Shown here one piece after another: positions 39,172 to 49,569 of a stretch of 64,000 nucleotides of DNA; within the stretch, counting starts at the first letter, position 1, and each line of letters opens with the position of its first letter. The stretch comes from Candidatus Cloacimonadales bacterium. GTDB taxonomy: Bacteria > Cloacimonadota > Cloacimonadia > Cloacimonadales > JAIOQZ01. The stretch is from the NCBI GenBank assembly GCA_963662655.2, contig CAXXTU010000002.1, forward strand, positions 704,001-768,000, in the 5' to 3' direction. The position numbers were made by a program, and so were the translations under genes. Below the pieces are notes generated by a model. That model had not been told where the DNA came from and did no database searches. It worked only from the letters and a program-made list of their open reading frames with translations.

Positions 39172-40536
39172 TTAATTGTTCTCCAACCCCAACTGCTTCA
39201 TTTTCAAATAAATATGCTGGCGACTCAGGCCGGATATTCGCGCCGCCTCGGTGACGCTGTTGTCGGCGGTTTCCAGTAGCTTTTCGAAGAAGATGAGCTC
39301 GAACTCCGCCTTGGCTTCTTCGTAGTTCTCGGAGAATGACTGTGTGATCGAAGTCTTCTTCCCTTCCGTGAGGTAATCCGGGAGGTCGTCGGGGAGGATG
39401 TTTTTGTCGCTGCAAAGCGCAGCGGAATGCTCGATGACGTTCTGCAATTCCCGGATATTGCCTTCCCACGTTGCTTTCTTCAGCAGTTCGAGCGTATCCC
39501 GGGTGAGCTGATAGCCGGAAAGGCCATTCTCTTTCATGAAGAGATTCAGGAAATGCCGGGCGAGGAGCGGGATGTCTTCCACGCGCTCCCGCAATGGCGG
39601 AATGTTTATCTTGATGACGTTGAGCCGGTAATAGAGGTCCTTGCGGAACGTGCCGCGATTCATTTCATCTTCGAGCGTGCGGTTGGTGGCCGCGATGATG
39701 CGAACGTCAACCTTGATCTCCTGGTCGCTGCCGACTCTGCGGATGCTCTTTTCTTGCAGGACGCGCAGGAGCTTTACCTGGAAATTGGGCCCGGTTTCGC
39801 CGATCTCGTCCAGAAATAGCGTACCGTGATTCGCTTCCTCGAAGTACCCTTTCGCCTCTTTGTGGGCGTCGGTGAAAGCACCCTTGGTGTGGCCGAAGAG
39901 CAGGCTTTCAAGCAATGTCTCAGGAACGGCACCGCAATTCACTGCTACAAAAGGCTTTTCGCTGCGGTTACTGTTGTCGTGTATCATTCTGGCGATCATC
40001 TCTTTACCGGTACCGGTCTCACCCTCGAGCAGGATGGTCGAGTTCAGAACGGCAACCTTGTGAACAACTTCGAGCATTTTCTGGATTTCACGGCTGTTCC
40101 CGACGAAATCGCCACGGAGAAGGTTGGCGGAGAGCTTCATGCGGAGGCGCTTGTTTTCCTGCATGATGCTGTGGGAGTTGATGGCTTTATCGACTTGCAC
40201 GAGCAGGATTTCCAGGTCTAGAATCGGCTTCTCGATGAACTCGATCGCACCGGATTTCATTGCCTGAACGGCCATCTTGAGGGTCGCCTTGCCGCTCATG
40301 ACGAGAATGGGTATCTCCGGGTGTGCGTCTCGCAGCTTCTCCACGAACTCGAGGCCGTTAACCTGCGGCATAACCAGGTCGGAGACAATGCAGTCGAAGG
40401 CGTCATCTGCAAGAAGTCGGAACGCCTCTTCCGTCGAGCTGGTTGCAACGACATCGTAATTGACCTTGAGAACCCGTTCGCAAATCTCCAGAGATTCGCG
40501 TTCATCATCTACGACAAGCACTTTGGGGAGTTTCAT
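39172..40536 (-). CDS. Sigma-54-dependent response regulator (NtrC/AtoC family)
   Basis: Receiver domain; GETGTGKE, GAFTDA, LFLDEIGE, WEGNIRELQN; Fis-type HTH. Confidence 0.95.
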   Translation of the reverse strand: MKLPKVLVVDDERESLEICERVLKVNYDVVATSSTEEAFRLLADDAFDCIVSDLVMPQVNGLEFVEKLRDAHPEIPILVMSGKATLKMAVQAMKSGAIEFIEKPILDLEILLVQVDKAINSHSIMQENKRLRMKLSANLLRGDFVGNSREIQKMLEVVHKVAVLNSTILLEGETGTGKEMIARMIHDNSNRSEKPFVAVNCGAVPETLLESLLFGHTKGAFTDAHKEAKGYFEEANHGTLFLDEIGETGPNFQVKLLRVLQEKSIRRVGSDQEIKVDVRIIAATNRTLEDEMNRGTFRKDLYYRLNVIKINIPPLRERVEDIPLLARHFLNLFMKENGLSGYQLTRDTLELLKKATWEGNIRELQNVIEHSAALCSDKNILPDDLPDYLTEGKKTSITQSFSENYEEAKAEFELIFFEKLLETADNSVTEAARISGLSRQHIYLKMKQLGLENN

Positions 40537-40610
40537 ATTCATCCTTCAGTAAAACGATTTTCTTCAGTAAGGAAACAATTGAAATGGATATTTTGTCAAC
40601 AGAAGAAATC

Positions 40611-42168
40611 TCAGAGCTTGTAATCGAGGAACACGATGTGGAAGCCCAATTGTCGCTGGTCGGCGTCACGAAGGTAATCGAATTTGATCTTGATACTTGT
40701 CCACGACAGCTTTAACTTGATTGCGCCATCGAACGACGAATAGCTTCCGGCGTCCGAATCGATGCCCAGTTCCCAGCCTGCGTCCAGATCGAGCAAGCTC
40801 ATCTCATGGTGCAAGGCAAGGATTGTTCCGAAGAGGTAGATTTCGTCGGGGCTGTAGTAGTACCTTGAATCGTAGCGATACGATTTCGCGCTGAAGAATC
40901 CCCCGATCTCGATTTCCGGGAAGGAATACACCTCATTGCTGAACGATGCGCGGTTGGAGAATCCCCGATTGTCCCTCGTAACTACTGTGAGGCCGTAGGG
41001 AACATCCTCCGGATCGGCCTTCTGAAGCGTCTCGTCGTCCTTCACGAGATACCCGTCGAATGCGTTACGGAACGTCCAGCCGTTTTCCTCGTACGTCATA
41101 TCCAGGCTTACGTTTTCCCGACTCTTGTTCTCCCAGTAGTCGATGACCGAACTGTTGTAATATAGCTCGATCTCGAACGGCTCCGGGCTGTAATCGATGC
41201 CGAAATCCCAACCGGACCGCTCGCCTTGAACGAGGTTGTATTGGATTGCGCCATTCAAGGCCAGGTCGTATCCCGGTAGCAGCGACAGCTCCGCCTCCCA
41301 GAACTGGCTTGTTCGCCCCGATTTCTCGTCGATGTAGTCAACGCGGCTTTCGCGGTTGACCTGATCGTAGAGGTAGTTCGTTTGTACATATATATAGTCG
41401 CTAACGCGGCGGTCGATGAAAAAGAAGAAGCGCCGGTATCGGTAATTCCAGCGCGTCGTGCGATCTTCCGTGTAATTAACCGCGCTGTATACGTTCGAAC
41501 GCAGGAACCTGTTCAGGCTGCCTAACATAAGTAGCGATAGGATATCGGCGTCTGTTTGGAGCGCTTTTTCGTGGGCCCGGATCGCCGCGAAGGGACGATT
41601 GATCTCCACATTGATCTCTCCTAGTTTGCTCCACCATGTGCCCGAGTCGGGATTGCTTCCGATATGATTTTTCAGGAGACGGATTGCCTTGTAGGGCGAC
41701 CGGTACGCATCAACAAGCTGAAACAGAGATTTGAAGCTCTCATCGTCATAGTACGCCTGATAAGCCAGCGTGAAGTAGTACTCGGCTCTGTCGATGTTCC
41801 CGGCGAGTTGCTCGCAATCCCCCAGGCGCAGCAGGATTTCAGGTTTCCCGAAGTCGTAGTAAAGCTGGCGGTAGAGCTTTGCTGCCGTGGCGTACTCGGC
41901 ATTCCAGAAATAGTAGTCGGCGTGCTTGAGGCGGAGTTCGTAGGAGTGGGGGAAAGCGGAGACTGCTTTTTCAGCGATTTCTCTCGCCAGATCGAAGCGG
42001 CCTTCCAGCTCGCAGACTGATATCAGCTGATTGTAATAGGTGAGTAACGATGATTCTGCGGAGTGAAAAGGCGTCTCGGCGATTTTAAAACGTTGTATGC
42101 CCGAAAAGTGTCGTAATGCACACGAGTACGATTGTGCAGAGAGACAGTTTCAAGGCAAAGTTTCCCAT
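40611..42168 (-). pseudogene. TPR plus putative outer-membrane beta-barrel protein, interrupted by a +1 frameshift near 42085
   Basis: Signal peptide MGNFALK...LFG ends at TTT TAA; the +1 frame runs open through TPR-like helices into ORF 40611..41609. Confidence 0.65.
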
Positions 42169-42349
42169 TGTACGATATTCCTTAGTCATTTTCCGGTAGC
42201 AAGTAATGAGCTTACTGAATTTTCCGGAAAAAATGCTTTTTTTTAAAAATTTATCTAAAGATGCCCTTTCTGGCAACCGATAAGAAGATGAGACCTTTGA
42301 AAAGGACGTAGTATAAAGAGCCGATTCTGACTTCAACCCGGGAGGTTTT

Positions 42350-42826
42350 ATGACAATTCCCCGAGAGTTGAGTTTTCTGCGGAATCATGCTTCGCTCTCC
42401 CAAGAGCGGCAAGGTCAGACCAAAGCCGCTCGAAAGAAGATGGACAGGACAGAGCAGAAGACTTCAGACAGGGAAGTCAGGGATAATCGGATAACGAATG
42501 AATCAGAGAATAAGGCTTTGAAGGATTATGGCTCGGGAAGCGAATTCTCAGCAGAAATGGCGAACTCCAATTCGTTTCCTGACATTTTGCCCGAGAAGTC
42601 TGTTAACTTACGCGAAGCGGAAGGGGAAGATGACCACATCCTAGCACGCAATTCTTCCCCTTCGTCCTTTCCTCCGGAATCGGGAGATATCCAGATGTCC
42701 GGTTCTCGCGTAAGGATTCGCCAAAGTTTGTTCGGTTACGAAATCCAGGGAAAGGAACAAGCAATTCAAAAACTGAAGGATTCCGGAAACGCCAATCCAG
42801 AATCCAAAATCGATTTTGAGCGGTAG
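42350..42826 (+). CDS. Hypothetical hydrophilic protein
   Basis: GGAGG RBS, 158 aa, own terminator. Confidence 0.65.
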   Translation: MTIPRELSFLRNHASLSQERQGQTKAARKKMDRTEQKTSDREVRDNRITNESENKALKDYGSGSEFSAEMANSNSFPDILPEKSVNLREAEGEDDHILARNSSPSSFPPESGDIQMSGSRVRIRQSLFGYEIQGKEQAIQKLKDSGNANPESKIDFER

Positions 42827-42854
42827 CGCTTCTATCAAGCGCTACCGTTTTTTT
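42821..42854 (+). terminator. Intrinsic terminator and insertion site of the RM cassette
   Basis: CGGTAGCGCTT/AAGCGCTACCG 11-bp stem plus T7. Confidence 0.8.
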
Positions 42855-42926
42855 ATGCACGTATGAAATTATTGGTTGACAGCTCTAAATAAGGGAATCA
42901 AATGTAAAAAAAACCAAGGTATAAAA

Positions 42927-43817
42927 ATGAATCTTGCAGAATATAATTATACTTATGAAGATGCAGTGAAAACGGATGTACTCTGTGGCGATAGTAATGA
43001 AAAATTGGCTGAATTGCCGGAGAACTCAATTGATCTTATCATAACGTCACCGCCTTATGCTGACCAGAGAAAAAATACATACGGAGGAATTCATCCCGAC
43101 AGTTATGTCGATTGGTTCCTTCCGATATCTCAGGAACTGCTCCGAGTGTTAAAACCTTCAGGTACTTTCATACTGAATATCAAAGAGAAGGTTGTTAACG
43201 GAGAAAGAAGTACCTATGTGATGGAGTTGATACTAGAAATGCGAAAGCAGGGTTGGCTGTGGACAGAGGAATTTATCTGGCACAAGAAAAACAGTTATCC
43301 CGGCAAATGGCCAAATCGATTTCGGGACGCATGGGAAAGGCTTCTTCAATTCAATAAAGAACGTAAATTCAATATGTATCAGGAAGAAGTGATGGTTCCA
43401 ATGGGAGAATGGGCAAATTCCAGACTGAAGAACCTGTCAGAGACAGACATGAAACGGGATGACTCGAAAGTTGGAAGCGGATTTGGCAAGAACATATCTA
43501 ATTGGGTAACTCGAGACAAAGCATACCCCACAAATGTACTTCATTTAGCAACAGAATGTAGTAATAAAAACCATAGCGCCGCTTTCCCCGAGAGCTTACC
43601 TGAGTGGTTCATAAAGCTATTTACAAAAGAACATGACACTGTCCTTGATCCTTTTATGGGTTCAGGTACAACGCTTTTCGTATCAAAAAGACTCGGGAGA
43701 AATTCAATTGGTATTGATATTCTCCCTGAATATTGTAATCGAGTAAAAGATCAACTTATCCCAGTTCAGTTACAAATTTTTGAACAAGCAGGTGAATATG
43801 AAGGAACTAAATCTTGA
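42927..43817 (+). CDS. Site-specific DNA methyltransferase, N4-C/N6-A family, beta class
   Basis: TSPPY (motif IV) N-terminal; HSAAFP..VLDPFMGSGTT (motif I) C-terminal. Confidence 0.93.
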   Translation: MNLAEYNYTYEDAVKTDVLCGDSNEKLAELPENSIDLIITSPPYADQRKNTYGGIHPDSYVDWFLPISQELLRVLKPSGTFILNIKEKVVNGERSTYVMELILEMRKQGWLWTEEFIWHKKNSYPGKWPNRFRDAWERLLQFNKERKFNMYQEEVMVPMGEWANSRLKNLSETDMKRDDSKVGSGFGKNISNWVTRDKAYPTNVLHLATECSNKNHSAAFPESLPEWFIKLFTKEHDTVLDPFMGSGTTLFVSKRLGRNSIGIDILPEYCNRVKDQLIPVQLQIFEQAGEYEGTKS

Positions 43818-44533
43818 CGATGTCAGAGTTTACGTTGAGAAGAACATCGGTTGTTTTCATCAGAAAAGGATTCTCAGCCTTGACAAACTGAAATTGAAGG
43901 ATGTATTGAAACGAAAAAACCCTTATTTGTTTCGAGCCAAGTCCATGCTAACTGCCGAACAGATAATAAAAGGATTGGTTGATGCTTATATTTCATCCAA
44001 CGAGGAAACGCTTTTCGGTGATTGGCTAGAAGGTTTGGCTATATTCATCAACGAGATCGTCTTCTCGGGATGGAAATCACTGGCGCAAGGAATTGATCTC
44101 GAATTCGATAAAGATGGTGTACGAAACATTATTGCAATAAAATCTGGCCCTAATTGGGGGTAACAGTTCGCAAATCAAGAAAATGAAATTAGATTTCGTA
44201 ACTGCCGCCAAAACACTGCGGACAAGTAATTCGAAGCTAATCGTAACGGCGATTAATGGTTGCTGCTATGGCAGAGACAATAAACCCGATAAAGGATCAT
44301 ACTATAAATATTGTGGGCAACGATTCTGGGAATACATTTCAGACAATCGCGAATTGTATATTGATATCATCGAGCCCTTAGGACACAAGGCAAAAGCCAA
44401 GAACGACGAATTCATCGAATCCTATTCACGTATGATAAACAAATTCACTTTAGAATTCGCTGGTGATTTCTGTGCTTCAGACGGATCGATTGACTGGGTG
44501 AGACTTGTTCGATTCAATTCCGCTGCTATATAA
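43798..44533 (+). pseudogene. Type II restriction endonuclease (PmeII/EcoO109I-like), frameshifted
   Basis: KRKNPYLF, SSNEETLFG, GIDLEF, IKSGPNWG then NSSQ in another frame, GCCYG, CGQRFW; extra G in G5 at 44156-44160. Confidence 0.8.
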
Positions 44534-44599
44534 ATATCAAGCGCTACCGTTTTTTTTCTGAACATACATCCAACTCGAGATTGCTGTACACGCTCAGCC

Positions 44600-44710
44600 C
44601 GGGGGCGGCGCGTGCGCTCCGCGCACTGAAGCGACGGCATGTTGTTTGGATCGTAACAACATGCCGTTGCTTCAAGGAATCTCACGAAGTGGATTCCTGC
44701 GCCGCCCCCG
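44600..44710. repeat. Four-way-junction palindromic element, copy B (inverted relative to A and C)
   Basis: 12-bp GC outer stem enclosing GTGCGC-TCC-GCGCAC, a 20-bp stem and AGGAATC..GATTCCT. Confidence 0.8.
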
Positions 44711-44832
44711 AGGCCTGGATGGCTTACAACTCAAAGTTGCCATGTCCGAGCAGCAAAAAAAGTGATATCCGCTACTCGAAAATTCACACGCTTTTGATTT
44801 GACAGAAACCGTTGGCGCGGCAAGCTGTCTGT

Positions 44833-45642
44833 ATGAAGATGAAGTTCGATTATCATTTACACGGCAGTTTCAGCAGCGATAGCCGCATCGATACGGAGAA
44901 GCTTGTTCTCAAGGCGATCGAGCGAGGCTACAAGAGCATCGCAATCACGGAGCACTTCGATTTCAAGCCGAGCGAGATCGCGGAGTACGGCATTCCCGCA
45001 TACATGAAGTACCATCGCCAGATCATGCATCTGAAAGACAAGTATCGCGGTAGAATAGACATCATATTCGGGGTGGAAGCGGGAGAATACAACCGTTTCA
45101 GCGATCTTGCTGATCTGATATTCAAGTTTGCCCCTCCAGAAATGGTCATCGGCTCCATCCACTCGACCGACGACTACCCCAATTACTCGGTCAGGCTGGA
45201 GAAAGCGCTTCAGCGAGAAAACCTTATAACCTATTATCAAGAGAATCTCGACATGGCCACGCGGTCTAACATCGACATCCTGGGTCACCTTGGGATTCAC
45301 AAACGATACCTGAGCAAGCCCGTCGACGAATCGTTTTGTCTGGACATCATCGATGACATCTTTCGCAAGCTAATCGAACGCGGAATCAATCTCGAGGTCA
45401 ATTACTCTCCGCTCCGTAGAGAAATGCGAAATGTTCTTCCCGAACCTGAATTGCTTAAACGATACCGCGAGCTCGGCGGGGAAAGAATTACGATAGGCTC
45501 CGATAGCCACCGACTGGAAGATTTCGACGATTATTTTGATCGGGCGATAGAAATATTGCGCGGCCTTGGATTTCGCTATATATTTTACTTGGAACCACTT
45601 GCATCCGGTGAAGAACATCTGTGGAAAGCTCAACATCTGTAA
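44833..45642 (+). CDS. PHP-family histidinol-phosphatase (HisJ/HisK-like)
   Basis: DYHLHGSFSSDS, AITEHFD, IGSIH, ILGHL, TIGSDSH. Confidence 0.85.
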   Translation: MKMKFDYHLHGSFSSDSRIDTEKLVLKAIERGYKSIAITEHFDFKPSEIAEYGIPAYMKYHRQIMHLKDKYRGRIDIIFGVEAGEYNRFSDLADLIFKFAPPEMVIGSIHSTDDYPNYSVRLEKALQRENLITYYQENLDMATRSNIDILGHLGIHKRYLSKPVDESFCLDIIDDIFRKLIERGINLEVNYSPLRREMRNVLPEPELLKRYRELGGERITIGSDSHRLEDFDDYFDRAIEILRGLGFRYIFYLEPLASGEEHLWKAQHL

Positions 45643-45779
45643 TGGATATAGTTGGTTGTAAATCAATCATTTATGGTTTCTATTCAGGAGCGGAAAAATA
45701 CGTTGACGGTTTTTCTGCACCACTTTTTTTTGCTTCGTAGCCCCAAAAGAAAGATAACCTACGATAAAGGAAGGTAATT

Positions 45780-48700
45780 ATGAAAAAGTTACGCAAGGAA
45801 ACAATGGACGGAAACGCATGCGCAACTCACGTTGCTTACGCGTTTAGTGATGTTGCGGCAATCTACCCGATCACACCTTCTTCTACTATGGGCGAATATG
45901 CAGACGCCTGGTCGGCAGCCGGACGGAAGAACATGTTTGGTCAGGTCGTTGATGTTGTTGAAATGCAGTCTGAAGGCGGAGCCGCTGGCGCAGTTCACGG
46001 ATCATTGTCAGCCGGAGCACTCACCACCACATTCACCGCATCACAAGGCTTGATGCTCATGCTCCCGAACATGCATAAAATCGCCGGCGAAATGCTCCCG
46101 GCTGTTTTTCACGTATCCGCTCGTTCACTGGCTTGCCAGTCCCTTTCAATTTTTGGCGATCACTCGGATGTGATGTCCGCCCGTAACACAGGATGGGCTC
46201 TCATGGCGGCCAACTCGCTCCAGGAAATTATGGATCTGGCAGTCGTGTCCCATCTGGCTACCCTCAAATCAAAAATACCGTTTGTGAATTTCTTCGACGG
46301 GTTCCGCAGCTCGAGCGAAATCCAGAAGGTCGAAGTCATCGATTACGATATACTCAAAGAGATGGTTGAATGGAACTACATTGAAGATTTCCGCAATCGT
46401 GCAATGAATCCGGAGAATCCAAGACTCAAGGTCGGCGCTCAGAATCCCGATGTTTATTTCCAGGGACGTGAGACCGTCAACCCCTACTATCTTGCAGCGC
46501 CCGGAATCGTTCAGGAATACATGGACAAGCTCTACAAAGTCATTGGTCGTAAATACAACCTGATGGACTATGTGGGCGCTCCTGATGCCGATCGCGTGAT
46601 TGTCGCCATGGGAAGCGGTTGCGAGACCATCGAAGAAGCGATCAACTACCTCAACAGCAAGGGCGAGAAGCTCGGCCTTATCAAAGTCCGCCTCTATCGT
46701 CCGTTTGCTGAAGAAGCCTTCCGCAAAGCGCTTCCGGCAACCGTGAAGAAGATCGCTGTTCTCGACCGCACGAAAGAACCGGGCTCGATCGGCGAGCCTC
46801 TCTATCTCGATGTTGTCGCAGCCCTCAAGGATCGTTGCGACACAACGATCATCGGTGGACGCTACGGGCTTTCATCCAAGGAATTCACACCTTCGATGGT
46901 GAAAGCGATCTACGATCACCTGAACGGCGCTTGCACACACGGATTCACCGTCGGTATCAACGACGACGTTACCCATACATCCATCCCTGTAACCGAACAC
47001 ATCAACACGATTCCGGCAGGAACTGTTAGCTGTAAGTTCTGGGGACTCGGATCGGACGGTACGGTCGGCGCTAACAAAAACAGCATCAAGATCATCGGCA
47101 ACAACACCGACTTGTATGCTCAGGGCTACTTCCAGTACGATTCCAAGAAATCGGGCGGTATCACCCGCAGCCACCTGCGCTTCGGAAAATCCCCGATCCA
47201 GTCGGAATATCTCGTACAGAACGCCGACTTCATCGCATGTCACAATCAGGCTTTCATTGGCCGTTACGACATCATTGAAGGTATCAAGGAAGGCGGTGTG
47301 TTCCTTCTCAACTCGAACTGGACCAAAGAAGAGGCCTTCAACAATCTTACCGAAGACATGCAGAAGACCCTGATCGAAAAGAAGATCAGATTCTATAACA
47401 TCGACGCGCTCCAGATCGCGTCGGGCGTTGGACTTGGCGGACGCATCAATACAGTTATGCAGACCGCGTTCTTCCTGATCTCCGGTGTACTGGATAGACA
47501 GGAAGCGATTGCGATGATCAAGAAAGCGATCGAGAAATCGTTCTACAAAAAGGGCGAAGAGGTCGTTAAAATGAACTGGGCGGCTGTCGATCGCACCGAC
47601 GAAGCGTTGGTCGAGATCGCCGTACCGGCATCACTCCCGGGCGAGGCGAAAGAACCGCAAAAACTCATCCCGGATAACGCGGACGATTTCACCAAGAACG
47701 TCATCGAGAAGATCATGCGCGAGAAAGGCGACGATATTCCTGTATCGCACATGCCGCTGGATGGATATGTTCCCACAGGTACAACAGCGCTGGAAAAACG
47801 CGGTGTGGCTCCACTCGTACCGAAGTGGCTTCCCGAGAACTGTATCCAGTGTAACCAGTGTTCCTTCGTTTGCCCTCACGCTGCGATCCGCGCCAAGCTG
47901 ATCGACCGTGACAATCTCAAGGATGCACCGGCAAGTTTCAAGACCCTCAAGGCAATGGCGAAAGACGGCGAGAAGTACGACTACAAGGTTCAGGTCTACA
48001 TCGAAGACTGCCAGAGCTGCTGGAACTGCGTGAACGTATGTCCGAAAGAAGCGCTGGTCATGAAACCGATCGAAGAAGAACGCGAAGCCGGCGAAGTCGA
48101 GAATCAACAATTCTTCACCAGCCTGCCGGAAGATGTGATGAGCGAAATGGTTAAAGAAGGCACCGTCAAGGGTAGCCAGTTCAAGCAACCGCTCCTCGAG
48201 TTCTCGGGCGCATGCGCCGGTTGTGGTGAGACACCTTACGTTAAACTTCTCACCCAGCTTTACGGGGACCGCATGATCGTTGCGAACGCCACTGGTTGTT
48301 CATCCATCTGGGGTGGAACATTCCCGACCATTCCTTATTGCAAGAATAAGGACGGACACGGACCTACCTGGGCGAACTCGCTGTTCGAAGACAATGCCGA
48401 GTACGGACTTGGTATGCGTCTGGCAGTCGATTCGAACCGACGTCTCCTCAAAGCCGCGACAGAAACAATCGTTGCGGACATGAACGGCGACGAATTCAAG
48501 AAGTTCGCCGCAGAAGCGGAAAAAGAGGGCGGCGAGAAACTCGCGGCCGTCAAGACGATCAAGGAATTCGGCGACTGCTTGCAGTATGCTCTCGATCACT
48601 GGACCGATACCGATCAGGCAGCGAAGGATAACGCAGCGAAGATCAAGAAGATTCTTCCCATGCTCCTTTCGCACTGCGTGGTTGAAGAACGCAAGGTCGT

Positions 48701-49382
48701 ACTGAAAAAGATGGTCGAGCTCCAGAATTACTTCATCGAGAAGAGTGTATGGTGCTTCGGCGGTGACGGCTGGGCATACGACATCGGTTACGGTGGATTG
48801 GATCACGTGCTTGCATCCGGCAAGAACATCAACGTTCTGGTTCTGGATACCGAGGTGTACTCGAACACCGGCGGTCAGGCATCCAAATCGACCCCGCTCG
48901 GTTCCGTTGCCAAGTTTGCCGAATCCGGCAAGAAGACGGTAAAGAAGGACCTCGGCATGATGATGATGAGCTACGGCTACATCTATGTCGCATCCGTTGC
49001 GATGGGCTCGAACAAGAATCAGCTTGTCAAAGCGATTCAAGAAGCGGAAGCCTACGATGGACCTTCCATTGTGATCGCGTACGCACCGTGTATCAATCAT
49101 GGAATCGATATGCACTATACCCAGCAAGAAGAGCAGAAGGCTGTCGATACAGGCTACTGGCTGCTCTATCGCTTCAATCCCGAGCTCAAGAAAGAGGGCA
49201 AGAATCCGTTCTCGCTCGATTCGAAAGAGCCGAAGATCGACGTGACGACATTCCTCGAAGGCGAGAAGCGATACACGACGCTCAAGCAGACCTTCCCGGA
49301 TGTTGTAGACGGCTACTGGGAGCATACGAAGAAATTCGTTGAGGAACGTTACCTTAAATACAAGAAAATGGCAGAAGAATAA
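45780..49382 (+). CDS. nifJ: Pyruvate:ferredoxin (flavodoxin) oxidoreductase, homodimeric
   Basis: YPITPSS, EMQSEGGAAG, two CxxCxxCxxxCP motifs, GACAGCGE, GGDGWAYDIG. Confidence 0.97.
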   Translation: MKKLRKETMDGNACATHVAYAFSDVAAIYPITPSSTMGEYADAWSAAGRKNMFGQVVDVVEMQSEGGAAGAVHGSLSAGALTTTFTASQGLMLMLPNMHKIAGEMLPAVFHVSARSLACQSLSIFGDHSDVMSARNTGWALMAANSLQEIMDLAVVSHLATLKSKIPFVNFFDGFRSSSEIQKVEVIDYDILKEMVEWNYIEDFRNRAMNPENPRLKVGAQNPDVYFQGRETVNPYYLAAPGIVQEYMDKLYKVIGRKYNLMDYVGAPDADRVIVAMGSGCETIEEAINYLNSKGEKLGLIKVRLYRPFAEEAFRKALPATVKKIAVLDRTKEPGSIGEPLYLDVVAALKDRCDTTIIGGRYGLSSKEFTPSMVKAIYDHLNGACTHGFTVGINDDVTHTSIPVTEHINTIPAGTVSCKFWGLGSDGTVGANKNSIKIIGNNTDLYAQGYFQYDSKKSGGITRSHLRFGKSPIQSEYLVQNADFIACHNQAFIGRYDIIEGIKEGGVFLLNSNWTKEEAFNNLTEDMQKTLIEKKIRFYNIDALQIASGVGLGGRINTVMQTAFFLISGVLDRQEAIAMIKKAIEKSFYKKGEEVVKMNWAAVDRTDEALVEIAVPASLPGEAKEPQKLIPDNADDFTKNVIEKIMREKGDDIPVSHMPLDGYVPTGTTALEKRGVAPLVPKWLPENCIQCNQCSFVCPHAAIRAKLIDRDNLKDAPASFKTLKAMAKDGEKYDYKVQVYIEDCQSCWNCVNVCPKEALVMKPIEEEREAGEVENQQFFTSLPEDVMSEMVKEGTVKGSQFKQPLLEFSGACAGCGETPYVKLLTQLYGDRMIVANATGCSSIWGGTFPTIPYCKNKDGHGPTWANSLFEDNAEYGLGMRLAVDSNRRLLKAATETIVADMNGDEFKKFAAEAEKEGGEKLAAVKTIKEFGDCLQYALDHWTDTDQAAKDNAAKIKKILPMLLSHCVVEERKVVLKKMVELQNYFIEKSVWCFGGDGWAYDIGYGGLDHVLASGKNINVLVLDTEVYSNTGGQASKSTPLGSVAKFAESGKKTVKKDLGMMMMSYGYIYVASVAMGSNKNQLVKAIQEAEAYDGPSIVIAYAPCINHGIDMHYTQQEEQKAVDTGYWLLYRFNPELKKEGKNPFSLDSKEPKIDVTTFLEGEKRYTTLKQTFPDVVDGYWEHTKKFVEERYLKYKKMAEE

Positions 49383-49401
49383 ACGATATCGACGATATCG
49401 C

Positions 49402-49432
49402 AAGGGCAGCTCGATCCGGGCTGCCCTTTTTT
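49402..49432 (+). terminator. Intrinsic terminator of nifJ
   Basis: AGGGCAGCTCG-ATC-CGGGCTGCCCT plus T run. Confidence 0.85.
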
Positions 49433-49569
49433 ATGCCCTTGCTAATCGACTGCAACAATTAACGCTTCAGCTTTTGAACACAATTAGGCCATGCAATGAC
49501 TTGACAAGGCAAGGCTTTCTATATCAGATTACATACTAGTAACATTCCATATTCGAAAGGAGTCGCACA

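Larger units (their letters stand above)
42833..44556 (+). mobile_element. AT-rich restriction-modification cassette bounded by 22-bp direct repeats
   Basis: TATCAAGCGCTACCGTTTTTTT at 42833-42854 and 44535-44556. Confidence 0.75.
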
